A stretch of 28,587 nt of DNA from IMG/VR virus record IMGVR_UViG_3300031820_000015, positions 1 through 28,587 of that record. One strand, given 5' to 3'. This stretch comes from a virus (Duplodnaviria > Caudoviricetes). The notes beneath the pieces were generated by a model. It was not told the origin of the DNA, searched no databases, and saw nothing but the letters and a program-made list of their open reading frames with translations. How positions within the stretch are numbered: position 1 is the stretch's first letter; every line of letters starts with the position of its first letter. The translations under genes and the position numbers were made by a program. Positions 17,282 through 25,395 of the stretch are shown here, piece by piece.

Positions 17282-18004
17282 ATGAAACTCAGTGATATTT
17301 TACTGGACAAAAGCAAATATCCCGATGATTTCAAGATAAACGTTCACGGTGAGGATACGACAGTCGGCGAATTGCGGAAGGACGCGATGCCGCTGGGAGA
17401 GTTTACAAAAGTCACCCAGAAGCATTCGACCGAGAAGCAGGCCCTCGAAAAGCAAATCAAGGATACCAATGCTGCGTTAGCGCGAGCGATCGCTGACCGC
17501 CGGGGCGAACGGCCCCATACGGACAGCGAAGGCAACATCAGTGACGCCGATCTCAAGGAACTGGAGGGCGATCCCATCTTCGGTGGGATGGTCAACCGGG
17601 TCAAGAAATTGGAACGCTCGCTGACAGAAGCTGTGCAGCGCATCGGCCAGCATGAATTGGTGTTTACCGCCAATCAACATTTGGCCGTGATCGAACGGTT
17701 GAAGACCAAGAACAAGGATCTCAACACGGATCAGCTCTTGGAATTCGCGAAAAACCGGGGCATTGGCAATCTCGATGACGCCTATAACCTCATGACCAAG
17801 GACGATGCGGTGAAGGCCGCACGCGAGGAAGCGAGGCAGCAAGGCATTGAAGAGGGCAAGCGTCAAGCGCAAGTACCGGTCATTCCCTTCGGACACCGGA
17901 GTTCCAGTCGAGCGAAGGATCTGCCGAAGGATTTGAATGGGGCGGAAGAAGCCGCATTGTCGGACCCCGACGTGCTCAACGCCTATCATGGAGTCACGGG
18001 TTAA
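17282..18004 (+). CDS. capsid scaffolding protein
   Basis: Directly upstream of MCP; I.VHGED.TV.EL....M...EFTK.TQ motif, coiled coil, LDDAY. Confidence 0.82.
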   Translation: MKLSDILLDKSKYPDDFKINVHGEDTTVGELRKDAMPLGEFTKVTQKHSTEKQALEKQIKDTNAALARAIADRRGERPHTDSEGNISDADLKELEGDPIFGGMVNRVKKLERSLTEAVQRIGQHELVFTANQHLAVIERLKTKNKDLNTDQLLEFAKNRGIGNLDDAYNLMTKDDAVKAAREEARQQGIEEGKRQAQVPVIPFGHRSSSRAKDLPKDLNGAEEAALSDPDVLNAYHGVTG

Positions 18005-18022
18005 CCTACAGGAGGGTAGCCC

Positions 18023-18994
18023 ATGGCCGTAGGAAGTCAGCTCAGCCAGCCCCCTGTTGTCCTGATTAACAGCGCCAACGCCTTTACGCAAAAATACTTC
18101 GAGCCAATTTTGGCCGATTCGATCTTTGTGCCGTCACCGACCTGGTGGAGAATGACTCGCCTGGGACATAAAGTGACGGGGGGGGCGTTGGTCTGGCCGG
18201 TCGTGACAGCAGAGGAATTGACGGGGGGTGCCTATTTCGGCGCGCAGAATTTGGACACACAAGCGTCCGATTCGGCGCAGCCGGCACAACTCGAATGGAA
18301 GTTCTACTATCAAACCATCGCCATTCCGTACACGGATTGGCTGCTCAATCAAGGTCCACAGCAGGTGATCTCGCTCATCAAGGCGAAGGAAGAAATCGCG
18401 ATGGCGAGTTTGCTGCAAAAACTCAGTCGAGCCCAGTACGGGACCGCGCCACAGAACTCCTCGATCGATCTGGATTCGATTCCAGCGGCGTTGGGGTCGT
18501 TGGCCGGCACCTATGCGGGCATCACGCTGGCGCAGGCGACGAACTGGGCCAGTAACGGCGGGGCCGGTCCAACGTCAGGGAGTGCCGTTAGTTTGGCGAA
18601 CATGATGACGGATTACATGAGCGCCACGCAGGGCAACGAGGAACCGGATACGATCGTCACCACGCACAACGGGTGGGCGGCGTTCTGGAATCTATTGCAA
18701 CCACTCCAGCGGTATACTCGTGATGACGAAACGACTCGCGCGGGATTTAAGAATCACTTGATGTTCAATAACGCCGTGGTTCTTCGAGACCGCTTCGTGC
18801 CAGCGGGTGAGATGGAAATGTTCACGTCGAAGTATGTCTACCCCGCATTCCATCGGGACGACTATTTCACGGTGGACCCCTTCGTGAAGCCGACGAATCA
18901 GCGGGTGATTGTGAGTCAAATCTTCATCACGCTGAATCTGAAGTTCATTTCATTGAGACAGCAAGCGCGGAGAACAGGAATCACAAATGCGTGA
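18023..18994 (+). CDS. major capsid protein (HK97 fold)
   Basis: AGGAGG SD; 323 aa; L.DSIF..SP, WKFYY..I.I, PDTIVTT, L.FNNA.V..D, C-terminal R.Q...TGIT; position after scaffold. Confidence 0.9.
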   Translation: MAVGSQLSQPPVVLINSANAFTQKYFEPILADSIFVPSPTWWRMTRLGHKVTGGALVWPVVTAEELTGGAYFGAQNLDTQASDSAQPAQLEWKFYYQTIAIPYTDWLLNQGPQQVISLIKAKEEIAMASLLQKLSRAQYGTAPQNSSIDLDSIPAALGSLAGTYAGITLAQATNWASNGGAGPTSGSAVSLANMMTDYMSATQGNEEPDTIVTTHNGWAAFWNLLQPLQRYTRDDETTRAGFKNHLMFNNAVVLRDRFVPAGEMEMFTSKYVYPAFHRDDYFTVDPFVKPTNQRVIVSQIFITLNLKFISLRQQARRTGITNA

Positions 18995-19439
18995 GATGTC
19001 AGACGATTATTTAGCCGGATTTTTTGATGGCGAAGGGCACGTATCTATCCTACGATCTCGTTGCGGAACTACCGCCAACGTGCGGTACTGGCTGCGCGTT
19101 GGCGTATCCAACACTGATCCGGTTGTAATAATGGAATTCAAGAAGAGGTTTGGCGGCTCTGTGCATTTGAGACCAAGTAGGTCCATTAAACATACACCGT
19201 GTTACGACTGGGTAGGACAGAATCGTACAGCGGAAAAGTGTCTTCTGATTCTATTTCCTCATCTCTTGGTCAAACAGCGAGATGCACAACTTGGTCTGGA
19301 ATTCCAAAATGTGGTGAGACAAGGCAACTCTGGATCATGGGGACGCAAATTGTTAACGAATGAAGAACATCTAGAAAGAGATGCTGTACGATTAAAACTC
19401 ATCGAGAAGCACGGGCTGGCTTCTCGCGCAGTTATTTAG
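18987..19439 (+). mobile_element. free-standing single-motif LAGLIDADG homing endonuclease gene
   Basis: YLAGFFDGEG, V.VSNTD, FGG, PHLLVK..A.L.LEF; visibly more AT-rich than its neighbours. Confidence 0.9.
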
Positions 19440-19448
19440 GAGGTACAA

Positions 19449-19856
19449 ATGGCACAGACATTGATTCGGCAGGCCGTCCAATTCGCCTGGCCGGTCGTGA
19501 TGAATCCGATTTCAACGAACCTGTTCGCCGATCAAACCGTGACAACCACAGTGACAGTCGGCGGCTTGGGCGACTTCAAAGGGTTGCCCTGTTACAATTT
19601 CCGAGCGACCGTGAATCTCAAGACGTTCACGGTGGGCACGACACACACGGCGTTCGCGATTGAAGTGGCGGATAACTCGGCCATGTCCACGAACCTGCGG
19701 CGAGCGTCCCATGTGGTTGTGCCACTGGCGGCGGGACCGTGGTCGTGGGTGATGTGGGGCGTGTCGCCTGACGCCAGCAAACTATTCGGGCGCATCTTCG
19801 TCGTGTACGGGACCTCGGCTTCGGGCACGTTCGATTGTTCCCTCGACGCCTGCTAA
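19449..19856 (+). CDS. probable capsid decoration/cement protein (no signal peptide)
   Basis: AGGAGG SD; beta-rich 135 aa; first structural-type gene after MCP. Confidence 0.6.
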   Translation: MAQTLIRQAVQFAWPVVMNPISTNLFADQTVTTTVTVGGLGDFKGLPCYNFRATVNLKTFTVGTTHTAFAIEVADNSAMSTNLRRASHVVVPLAAGPWSWVMWGVSPDASKLFGRIFVVYGTSASGTFDCSLDAC

Positions 19857-19863
19857 CTGCTTC

Positions 19864-19891
19864 GACGGAGCCTGCTCCGGTGGGCTCCGTC
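19864..19891 (+). other. GC-rich stem-loop without U-tract (mRNA stabiliser or weak terminator)
   Basis: GACGGAGCCTGC-TCCG-GTGGGCTCCGTC, 12-bp stem. Confidence 0.7.
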
Positions 19892-19902
19892 AGAGAGGAT
19901 CT

Positions 19903-20265
19903 ATGAAGGATTTAATCCGTGCGCTCGCCCTCTTCTTCCTCATTGTCTTCGTTGGCGTGAGTTCTACCGCACTTGCCCAATCGAATACGTTCATGGCGAC
20001 GAACATTGTTGGCGCAGGCACGACAACAGTGAAATCGGGGCTTGGCACATTACATAGCATCGTGATGAATTTGCCGATTGCGAGCGGGACTATTACGATT
20101 TACGACAATACGAGTGGATCGGGGACGAAAATCGGCACGGTGACGTTGCCTGCGGTTCTGCTGGGTCAAGGTCCGTATACGGCAATGTACGATATAACCT
20201 TTTCGACTGGATTGACGATTGTGACGACGGGAGCCTTACAGGACATTACGGTGAGTTGGCGCTAG
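19903..20265 (+). CDS. small beta-sandwich decoration/spike-like protein with signal peptide, paralog 1
   Basis: MKDLIRALALFFLIVFVGVSSTALA; VKSG.G.LHSIV...TIYDNT..SGTKI...YDI.F.TGLTIVT. Confidence 0.75.
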   Translation: MKDLIRALALFFLIVFVGVSSTALAQSNTFMATNIVGAGTTTVKSGLGTLHSIVMNLPIASGTITIYDNTSGSGTKIGTVTLPAVLLGQGPYTAMYDITFSTGLTIVTTGALQDITVSWR

Positions 20266-20276
20266 AGGAGATCAGG

Positions 20277-20678
20277 ATGAAACTGAAAAGTTGGTTGTGG
20301 ATCTTCGCCTTGGTTGGTCTGTCAGTACAGTGGAACGTCTCGGCAGACGCCTGTCCGACACTGATGCAGGACGTGACGAACAGTGCATGCCGTTCGTCAC
20401 TGTTGAGCGATACCTATACCTTCAGTGAGTTCACCACGAATACGACCACGACGCTGAAAACCGGGGGCGGGTATCTCCATACGATCGTGCCGGGCAAGGG
20501 CGGCTCGGCCTGGGTGATCGACTGTTGGAACAACACGGCGGCGAGCGGGGCCAAGATTCTCTCGATGACCATTCCCGCTGTGGTGACGAGTGTGGCCTAC
20601 GACGTGGCATTTACGATCGGCCTCACCTGTACGACGAGTGGCACGACACCGGGTGATCTTACGGTGAGTTATCGCTAA
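20277..20678 (+). CDS. small beta-sandwich decoration/spike-like protein with signal peptide, paralog 2
   Basis: GAGGAG SD; MKLKSWLWIFALVGLSVQWNVSADA; LKTG.G.LHTIV...NNT..SGAKI...YDV.F..GLT; 4 Cys. Confidence 0.75.
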   Translation: MKLKSWLWIFALVGLSVQWNVSADACPTLMQDVTNSACRSSLLSDTYTFSEFTTNTTTTLKTGGGYLHTIVPGKGGSAWVIDCWNNTAASGAKILSMTIPAVVTSVAYDVAFTIGLTCTTSGTTPGDLTVSYR

Positions 20679-20857
20679 TGGATCTCGTCATTCTCGTACT
20701 CGTCTTGGCGTTGCTCGGATTTTTGATCTGGCTCATTACGACGAAGATTCCGATGGACCCGATCTTTCGGATTATCATTTACGTCGTGGTGGCCGTGGCA
20801 CTGATCCTCTGGCTCGTGCGGCGATTCGGAGGGACGGTGCCGAACGTGCTCAATTGA
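20678..20857 (+). CDS. 59-aa two-TM membrane protein (Thivi_2564-like; holin candidate; below ORF-track cutoff)
   Basis: MDLVILVLVLALLGFLIWLITTKIPMDPIFRIIIYVVVAVALILWLVRRFG; TAATG coupling. Confidence 0.75.
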   Translation: MDLVILVLVLALLGFLIWLITTKIPMDPIFRIIIYVVVAVALILWLVRRFGGTVPNVLN

Positions 20858-20871
20858 AAGGCGACGGATGA

Positions 20872-21222
20872 ATGGAGGAATCGTGCGAATGGGATCACAA
20901 AAAGTTGTTGGTCGATGTAGCTTCAGTCAAAGCTGAGATCATGGCGGTCAATCGTCTCATGACCGAAATCGATAAGCGGAACGGGGCGCAATTCCTTGCT
21001 CAAGAACGGGCTGTGACGGCAGCCCTCGCCGCCGCAGAGAAAGCCGTCTTGGTGGCGGAACGCAACGCGGAGAAATGGCGCGATAACGCGAATGAATGGC
21101 GTGGGGCGATGACAGATAAAGACCGAAATTTTGTGACGAAAGCTACCCTGTGGGGCTATGCGGTCGCGATGGTGGGCTTGATTCTCACGCTCATTCTGAT
21201 CAGTGAGAAGATTCCACGCTAA
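20872..21222 (+). CDS. coiled-coil protein with C-terminal TM helix (holin/lysis-associated candidate)
   Basis: Helical body followed by LWGYAVAMVGLILTLILI. Confidence 0.7.
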   Translation: MEESCEWDHKKLLVDVASVKAEIMAVNRLMTEIDKRNGAQFLAQERAVTAALAAAEKAVLVAERNAEKWRDNANEWRGAMTDKDRNFVTKATLWGYAVAMVGLILTLILISEKIPR

Positions 21223-21234
21223 GAAGGAGACAGC

Positions 21235-21384
21235 ATGGACGTTCAAGAATTCCTAGAACGCTGCTCATTCGACGAACGCCAGGAGATCAATAAACTGGCC
21301 ATCGATATCGCGCTTCTAACGGCAATAGAACACGTCAATTCTGTGGCGAACTTACAAAAGGAACTGGCTCATGGACTTCCTTAA
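21235..21384 (+). CDS. 49-aa hypothetical protein
   Basis: AAGGAG SD; MDVQEFLERC... Confidence 0.55.
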   Translation: MDVQEFLERCSFDERQEINKLAIDIALLTAIEHVNSVANLQKELAHGLP

Positions 21385-21523
21385 AAAACTAGAGATGCTG
21401 AAATCGGTGGTGCAGGACAATCCGCCTGATGCACTCGCTATCCTGGAACTCATCACGAAGCTGGCAAATGATGTGCTGGAGATCAAAGAGCGGTTGGAGA
21501 AGTTAGAGAAGGAAGTCGGCTAA
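21371..21523 (+). CDS. 50-aa coiled-coil protein
   Basis: AAGGA SD; MDFLKKLEMLK...IKERLEKLEKEVG. Confidence 0.6.
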   Translation: MDFLKKLEMLKSVVQDNPPDALAILELITKLANDVLEIKERLEKLEKEVG

Positions 21524-21525
21524 CC

Positions 21526-21939
21526 ATGTGGCTCCTGGCATTTCTCATCTGGCTGATTCCGGTCCTGAGTCAGGCCGAGGATTTGCCGAATGTCCAATGG
21601 CTCACTTGTTACGATGGTGATACCTGTTCGTTCAACGTGCTGTTGCCGCCCGTCTTCGGTGCGGCGATCGGGGTGCGATTCTCCGGGATCGATGCGCCGG
21701 AGATTGTGGGGAAGTGTGCGCAAGAAAAAGAGCTTGCCTTGGTGGCTCGTGATTTTCTCCAAAGCCAGATTAAGGCGGCCAAAAAGGTGATCTTGCAGAA
21801 CGTATTCCGTGACAAGTATTTCAGAATCGAAGCGGTCGTGCTGGGGGATGACGTGAATCTGAATCAGCTCATGGTCCAGAAGGGCTATGCCGTGCTCTAT
21901 ACCGGCACGGGCCCACGGCACGATTGGTGCGGGCCATGA
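21526..21939 (+). CDS. secreted thermonuclease (SNase-like)
   Basis: Signal peptide MWLLAFLIWLIPVLSQA; YDGDT, VRF.GIDAPE, RDKYFR, LN..MV.KGYA..Y.G, WC. Confidence 0.9.
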   Translation: MWLLAFLIWLIPVLSQAEDLPNVQWLTCYDGDTCSFNVLLPPVFGAAIGVRFSGIDAPEIVGKCAQEKELALVARDFLQSQIKAAKKVILQNVFRDKYFRIEAVVLGDDVNLNQLMVQKGYAVLYTGTGPRHDWCGP

Positions 21940-22022
21940 CCAACGCGCGCGGAGAAATCACGGTGCTCATTGTGGTGATTATGCTCCTTGTTGGGAGCGT
22001 GATCTTTGTGCTGAATCAGTAA
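21936..22022 (+). CDS. 28-aa single-TM peptide
   Basis: ATGA coupling; MTNARGEITVLIVVIMLLVGSVIFVLNQ. Confidence 0.45.
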   Translation: MTNARGEITVLIVVIMLLVGSVIFVLNQ

Positions 22023-22036
22023 CCCAAGGAGGGTCT

Positions 22037-22267
22037 ATGCCCGGTGGAAGTTGGATTACAGGCACGATCGGCTATATCGCAATCATCGCCACCTGGCTCA
22101 ATCAGATCTTCGTCGAGCAGGGCATTCCCAAAGACGGTAAAGGTTGGATCACTTTGATTGTAGGGAATCTGGCGGGTCTCGTGGGCATCTTTGCCAAGGA
22201 TTACAATAAATCGAATGCGCCTGCGCCCCTTGCCGAAGCGGTCACGGTTCCTCCCAAGGTGGGCTAA
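22037..22267 (+). CDS. holin-like two-TM protein
   Basis: AAGGAGG SD; SWITG..G and LVGIFAKD.N; two hydrophobic segments; upstream of a spanin-like pair. Confidence 0.65.
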   Translation: MPGGSWITGTIGYIAIIATWLNQIFVEQGIPKDGKGWITLIVGNLAGLVGIFAKDYNKSNAPAPLAEAVTVPPKVG

Positions 22268-22482
22268 TGCCGATCTCTGAAGCGATTGCGGCGGTCGCCA
22301 CGCTCTTGACGAAAGTGTTTGGGTTTGCGGTCGATCCTGAAGGCTTTAGTGCGATGAAAGTGGAGCACCAGATTGAAGTCATTCACGCAGGAGTGAAAAT
22401 TGCGATTGCCAAACAAGACTACGCTGCTATTGACGTGCTGTTTGAGCAGTATCGTGAGCTGTGCAAAACCATCCGTCGTTAG
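22267..22482 (+). CDS. i-spanin-like (Rz-like) candidate
   Basis: Moderately hydrophobic N-terminus, helical body, C-terminal Cys; overlapped by a lipoprotein gene. Confidence 0.45.
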   Translation: MPISEAIAAVATLLTKVFGFAVDPEGFSAMKVEHQIEVIHAGVKIAIAKQDYAAIDVLFEQYRELCKTIRR

Positions 22483-22600
22483 AACAGGATCAATCACGTC
22501 GGCGGGGTGCCAGGAGGCCATTCTGGACGAGCATAACGACCTGATGGCGGAAAACATCCAACTGCGTGAAGCCTTGCGATTATGCCACGCCAAACCGTGA
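22400..22600 (+). CDS. lipoprotein, o-spanin-like (Rz1-like) candidate
   Basis: AGGAG SD + TTG; lipobox-like IVS|C; starts inside the upstream gene in another frame. Confidence 0.55.
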   Translation: MRLPNKTTLLLTCCLSSIVSCAKPSVVRTGSITSAGCQEAILDEHNDLMAENIQLREALRLCHAKP

Positions 22601-22854
22601 CATCCCTGTCCATCATTGTTGCCGTTTTTCTCTTATCGGGCTGTGCATTATTCGATTTGCAGGGCGTCTGGTTTGGCTGTCCGAAAGGACAAGTGAAACG
22701 GGCCGCGAGCTATGGCATGTTCGGATGGATTGGCCATGAATATCGCCCTTCCTACTGTGAGGTGCCGAAGACTTTTTATTGTCAGCATCCATCCTACGAG
22801 GGCGCGTTGTGCTATTTCGATGAGCATATGAATACGGCAGAGTTACCAAAATGA
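22582..22854 (+). CDS. Cys-rich lipoprotein
   Basis: LSIIVAVFLLSG|C lipobox; four more Cys. Confidence 0.7.
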   Translation: MPRQTVTSLSIIVAVFLLSGCALFDLQGVWFGCPKGQVKRAASYGMFGWIGHEYRPSYCEVPKTFYCQHPSYEGALCYFDEHMNTAELPK

Positions 22855-24122
22855 AAGCCCTTATCGTAATCCTTTCGCTATTCGCTTCTTTGTTCGCCGT
22901 CGATGCGTTTGCCTGCCAGAAGTACGCGAACGTCGTCCAGGACATTAACGGGACGGCACTCGGGAATACGCTCATCACCATTCGTCCCACGGGGACGAGT
23001 AACAACGCGACGCTGTATACCGATGCGACTTGTCTGACGACGCGTTCCAATCCATTCACGAATAATGCAGATGGCTACTTCACGTTCTATGCGAAGAATG
23101 GACGTTACGACGCGATTTTCTCAAAGGCGGCGTATGGATTTGCGGCGGCGAATACGTCTGACATTCTTTTAGACGATCCGCAGAACACGCAGAAGATCGG
23201 CGACCCCGCCATGTTTGGGTACGTCGATAATGTCTTGACCTTACAAGCCTATGGCGACACAGGTTCCTCCCCTCCGACCGGCGTTCAACAGGCGAATCGG
23301 TTCATTGCCCAATCCAAGGGGGACAATACGACGTTTCGTGGACTGTCCACGGGCTATTTTGAGGCGCGAGATCGAACCGATGTCACAGGATCAAATAAAG
23401 GCGTCCTCTATGGTCTCTCGCTCTCGGTGGTCCCCATCGCCGCCAGAAATAATGTCCCCTTCGACGACGTGGATGGGCTTACCATTGAAAACACGACAGG
23501 GACGGCTGGAGCAAAAGCGACGGATGCGATCTACGTTGCGAACAACTTCAACATTTTTCCCGCGAGCAGTGAATGGTATTCGATCTTCACCTCTGACGCA
23601 AACGCCGATGTGGGCATTCAATTAGGGGGCAGGCTCGCGAATTTTGGCATTGATTTGACTCACGCGAACATCCCCTCGTCTAATGCTATTCGCCTCCAAA
23701 ACCTCACCTATATTTATTCCCGGAACAACATCAACAGTGGTGACGTGCGGCTCATGGGCCTCGACGGGAATAACATCTTGCAGGTGGGGGAATCAAACGT
23801 CTCCGGGACGAAAGTTAATACCTGGTTCGGCACGACGGTTCCCACGAACCAAAGCGGTAGCACCTATACGGTGGGCTTCGGCGATAATTTTCTCACGTTC
23901 ACGGGAAGCGGCTGCACAGTCACCCTGCCTGCGGCCAGCAGTTTTTCAGCACGCATACTCACCCTTCGGACTATCGTAGCCTTCACAGTTATTTCAGCTT
24001 CGTCGAATGTGGTGCCACTGGCCGGCGGCTCGGCGGGAACAGCGATTCTTGCGGCAACGGCTGGGAAATGGGCACAACTCGTCTCGGATGGCACGAATTG
24101 GCAGATCATGAGTGGGAACTGA
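22851..24122 (+). CDS. tailspike/tail-fibre-like protein 1 with signal peptide
   Basis: MKALIVILSLFASLFAVDAFA|CQKY; virion-anchor-like ATLY.D....NPF...DGYFTFYA.NGRYD; C-terminal TVTLPAAS...LVSDGTNW fibre module. Confidence 0.8.
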   Translation: MKALIVILSLFASLFAVDAFACQKYANVVQDINGTALGNTLITIRPTGTSNNATLYTDATCLTTRSNPFTNNADGYFTFYAKNGRYDAIFSKAAYGFAAANTSDILLDDPQNTQKIGDPAMFGYVDNVLTLQAYGDTGSSPPTGVQQANRFIAQSKGDNTTFRGLSTGYFEARDRTDVTGSNKGVLYGLSLSVVPIAARNNVPFDDVDGLTIENTTGTAGAKATDAIYVANNFNIFPASSEWYSIFTSDANADVGIQLGGRLANFGIDLTHANIPSSNAIRLQNLTYIYSRNNINSGDVRLMGLDGNNILQVGESNVSGTKVNTWFGTTVPTNQSGSTYTVGFGDNFLTFTGSGCTVTLPAASSFSARILTLRTIVAFTVISASSNVVPLAGGSAGTAILAATAGKWAQLVSDGTNWQIMSGN

Positions 24123-24126
24123 GCGT

Positions 24127-25236
24127 ATGAAACGACTTCTCTTGGTACTCGGTCTTCTCATTCTCCTCCCCTCACTAGCCGACGCCTGCCAAAAGTATTC
24201 CAACGTCGTGCAGGACGTGAACGGCACCGTCCTCGCCAACACCACGATCAGCGTGCGGCTCGCCGGGCAAAGTACGACGGCAACACTCTATAGCGATGCG
24301 AACTGCGCGACCGTGGCGAGTAATCCCTTCGTGAACGGGACAGACGGTTATTTTACCTTCTATGCGAAGAATGGCCGCTACGATATCACCTTCACGAAAA
24401 CCGGCTACACGTTCACGGCGGGAAATACGTCTGACATCTACATTGGTGAACCGTTAGTGGGCGCGGGCCGGTTGAGCTATGTGAGTGCCACGCAGATTCA
24501 ATTCTGTCCCTTCAACGGTAACGCCGTCTATATTCCGAACGGCACGACGCGCAGCTATAGCATTCCCTCGTCTTGCGTATTTGGGGCCAATACGAGTACC
24601 TTCATCGATGGGACCGGCAGTTCCAACCTTGCCTCGTCCACGACTTACTATGTGTATCTCTTCGACAACAGCGGGGTTTTGGCGATCGATTTCAGTACGA
24701 CCGGGCATACAACCGATGCTGCTACGGGCGTCGAAGTGAAATCCAGCAACGCCAGTCGGACCTTGATCGGTTTGGTTCGCACCAATGGGTCCTCGCAGTT
24801 TGCGGAGTCCGCCAACAATCGTTTTGTGAACTCCTACTTTAACCGTCGTACACGTGGCGGCACGAACGCGTTTACCACGGATCGCACGACGACCTCGAAC
24901 ACATTTGTCGAAGTGAACAGCGAAATCCGTGTCGAGTTTGTGAGCTGGAGCGATGAAGCAGTGACGGCCTCGATCTCAGGAGCGTGCCTGATGTCGGCGA
25001 CGAATGGGTCGTTTATCACGATTGGCTTCGATGGAGCAACGGCGGAAGACACCTATAGTGCCTGCAATGCGCAGACGGGACGCCAGGGCGTCCATGCGCT
25101 TATACACAAGATGGGCCTCAATGAAGGTTATCATTATGCCACACTGGTCGCGCGAGTCGCAGGAAGCACACTTACGATCACCGGCAGCGCGACACCGGGC
25201 GAACGGACGACAGTTCAAGTCGCAACAAGGGGGTGA
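24127..25236 (+). CDS. tailspike/tail-fibre-like protein 2 with signal peptide
   Basis: MKRLLLVLGLLILLPSLADA|CQKY; same 86-aa N-terminal domain; L...TTYYVYLF...RTLIGLVRT fibre module; 6 Cys. Confidence 0.8.
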   Translation: MKRLLLVLGLLILLPSLADACQKYSNVVQDVNGTVLANTTISVRLAGQSTTATLYSDANCATVASNPFVNGTDGYFTFYAKNGRYDITFTKTGYTFTAGNTSDIYIGEPLVGAGRLSYVSATQIQFCPFNGNAVYIPNGTTRSYSIPSSCVFGANTSTFIDGTGSSNLASSTTYYVYLFDNSGVLAIDFSTTGHTTDAATGVEVKSSNASRTLIGLVRTNGSSQFAESANNRFVNSYFNRRTRGGTNAFTTDRTTTSNTFVEVNSEIRVEFVSWSDEAVTASISGACLMSATNGSFITIGFDGATAEDTYSACNAQTGRQGVHALIHKMGLNEGYHYATLVARVAGSTLTITGSATPGERTTVQVATRG

Positions 25237-25240
25237 TGTT

Positions 25241-25387
25241 ATGCCAGTGGTCAAAGTGAAGGGCGGTTACAAAATCAAGGGGCATTACAAGGGCAAGCCA
25301 AAGATGATCGGGCATCACGGAGGCAAACCGTTTACGAGTCGTGCGGCGGCGCAGCGGGTGAGCGATATTCGCGGCAGTTATAAATAG
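25241..25387 (+). CDS. 48-aa basic protein
   Basis: GGGGGTGA SD; MPVVKVKGGYKI...TSRAAAQR. Confidence 0.7.
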   Translation: MPVVKVKGGYKIKGHYKGKPKMIGHHGGKPFTSRAAAQRVSDIRGSYK

Positions 25388-25395
25388 GAGTTGCC

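Noticed and set aside
18987-19439. Group I intron or intein hosting the LAGLIDADG gene
   Set aside because: MCP ends naturally before it, the next gene starts 10 nt after it, there is no room for ribozyme structure and no intein termini.
21936-22022. Prepilin-like N-terminus (NARG|EITVL)
   Set aside because: No hydrophobic +1 residue, no Glu at +5 and no domain after the helix.
22851-24189. Lipoprotein reading of AFA|C and ADA|C (also ADA|C in 20277)
   Set aside because: These do not fit the [LVI][ASTVI][GAS]C lipobox, have polar c-regions with A-x-A, and each Cys has a nearby partner. SPase I is preferred but needs SignalP confirmation.
22914-24444. Diversity-generating retroelement TR/VR pair
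   Set aside because: Both repeats are coding N-terminal domains, differences are not adenine-specific, and no reverse transcriptase is in the window.
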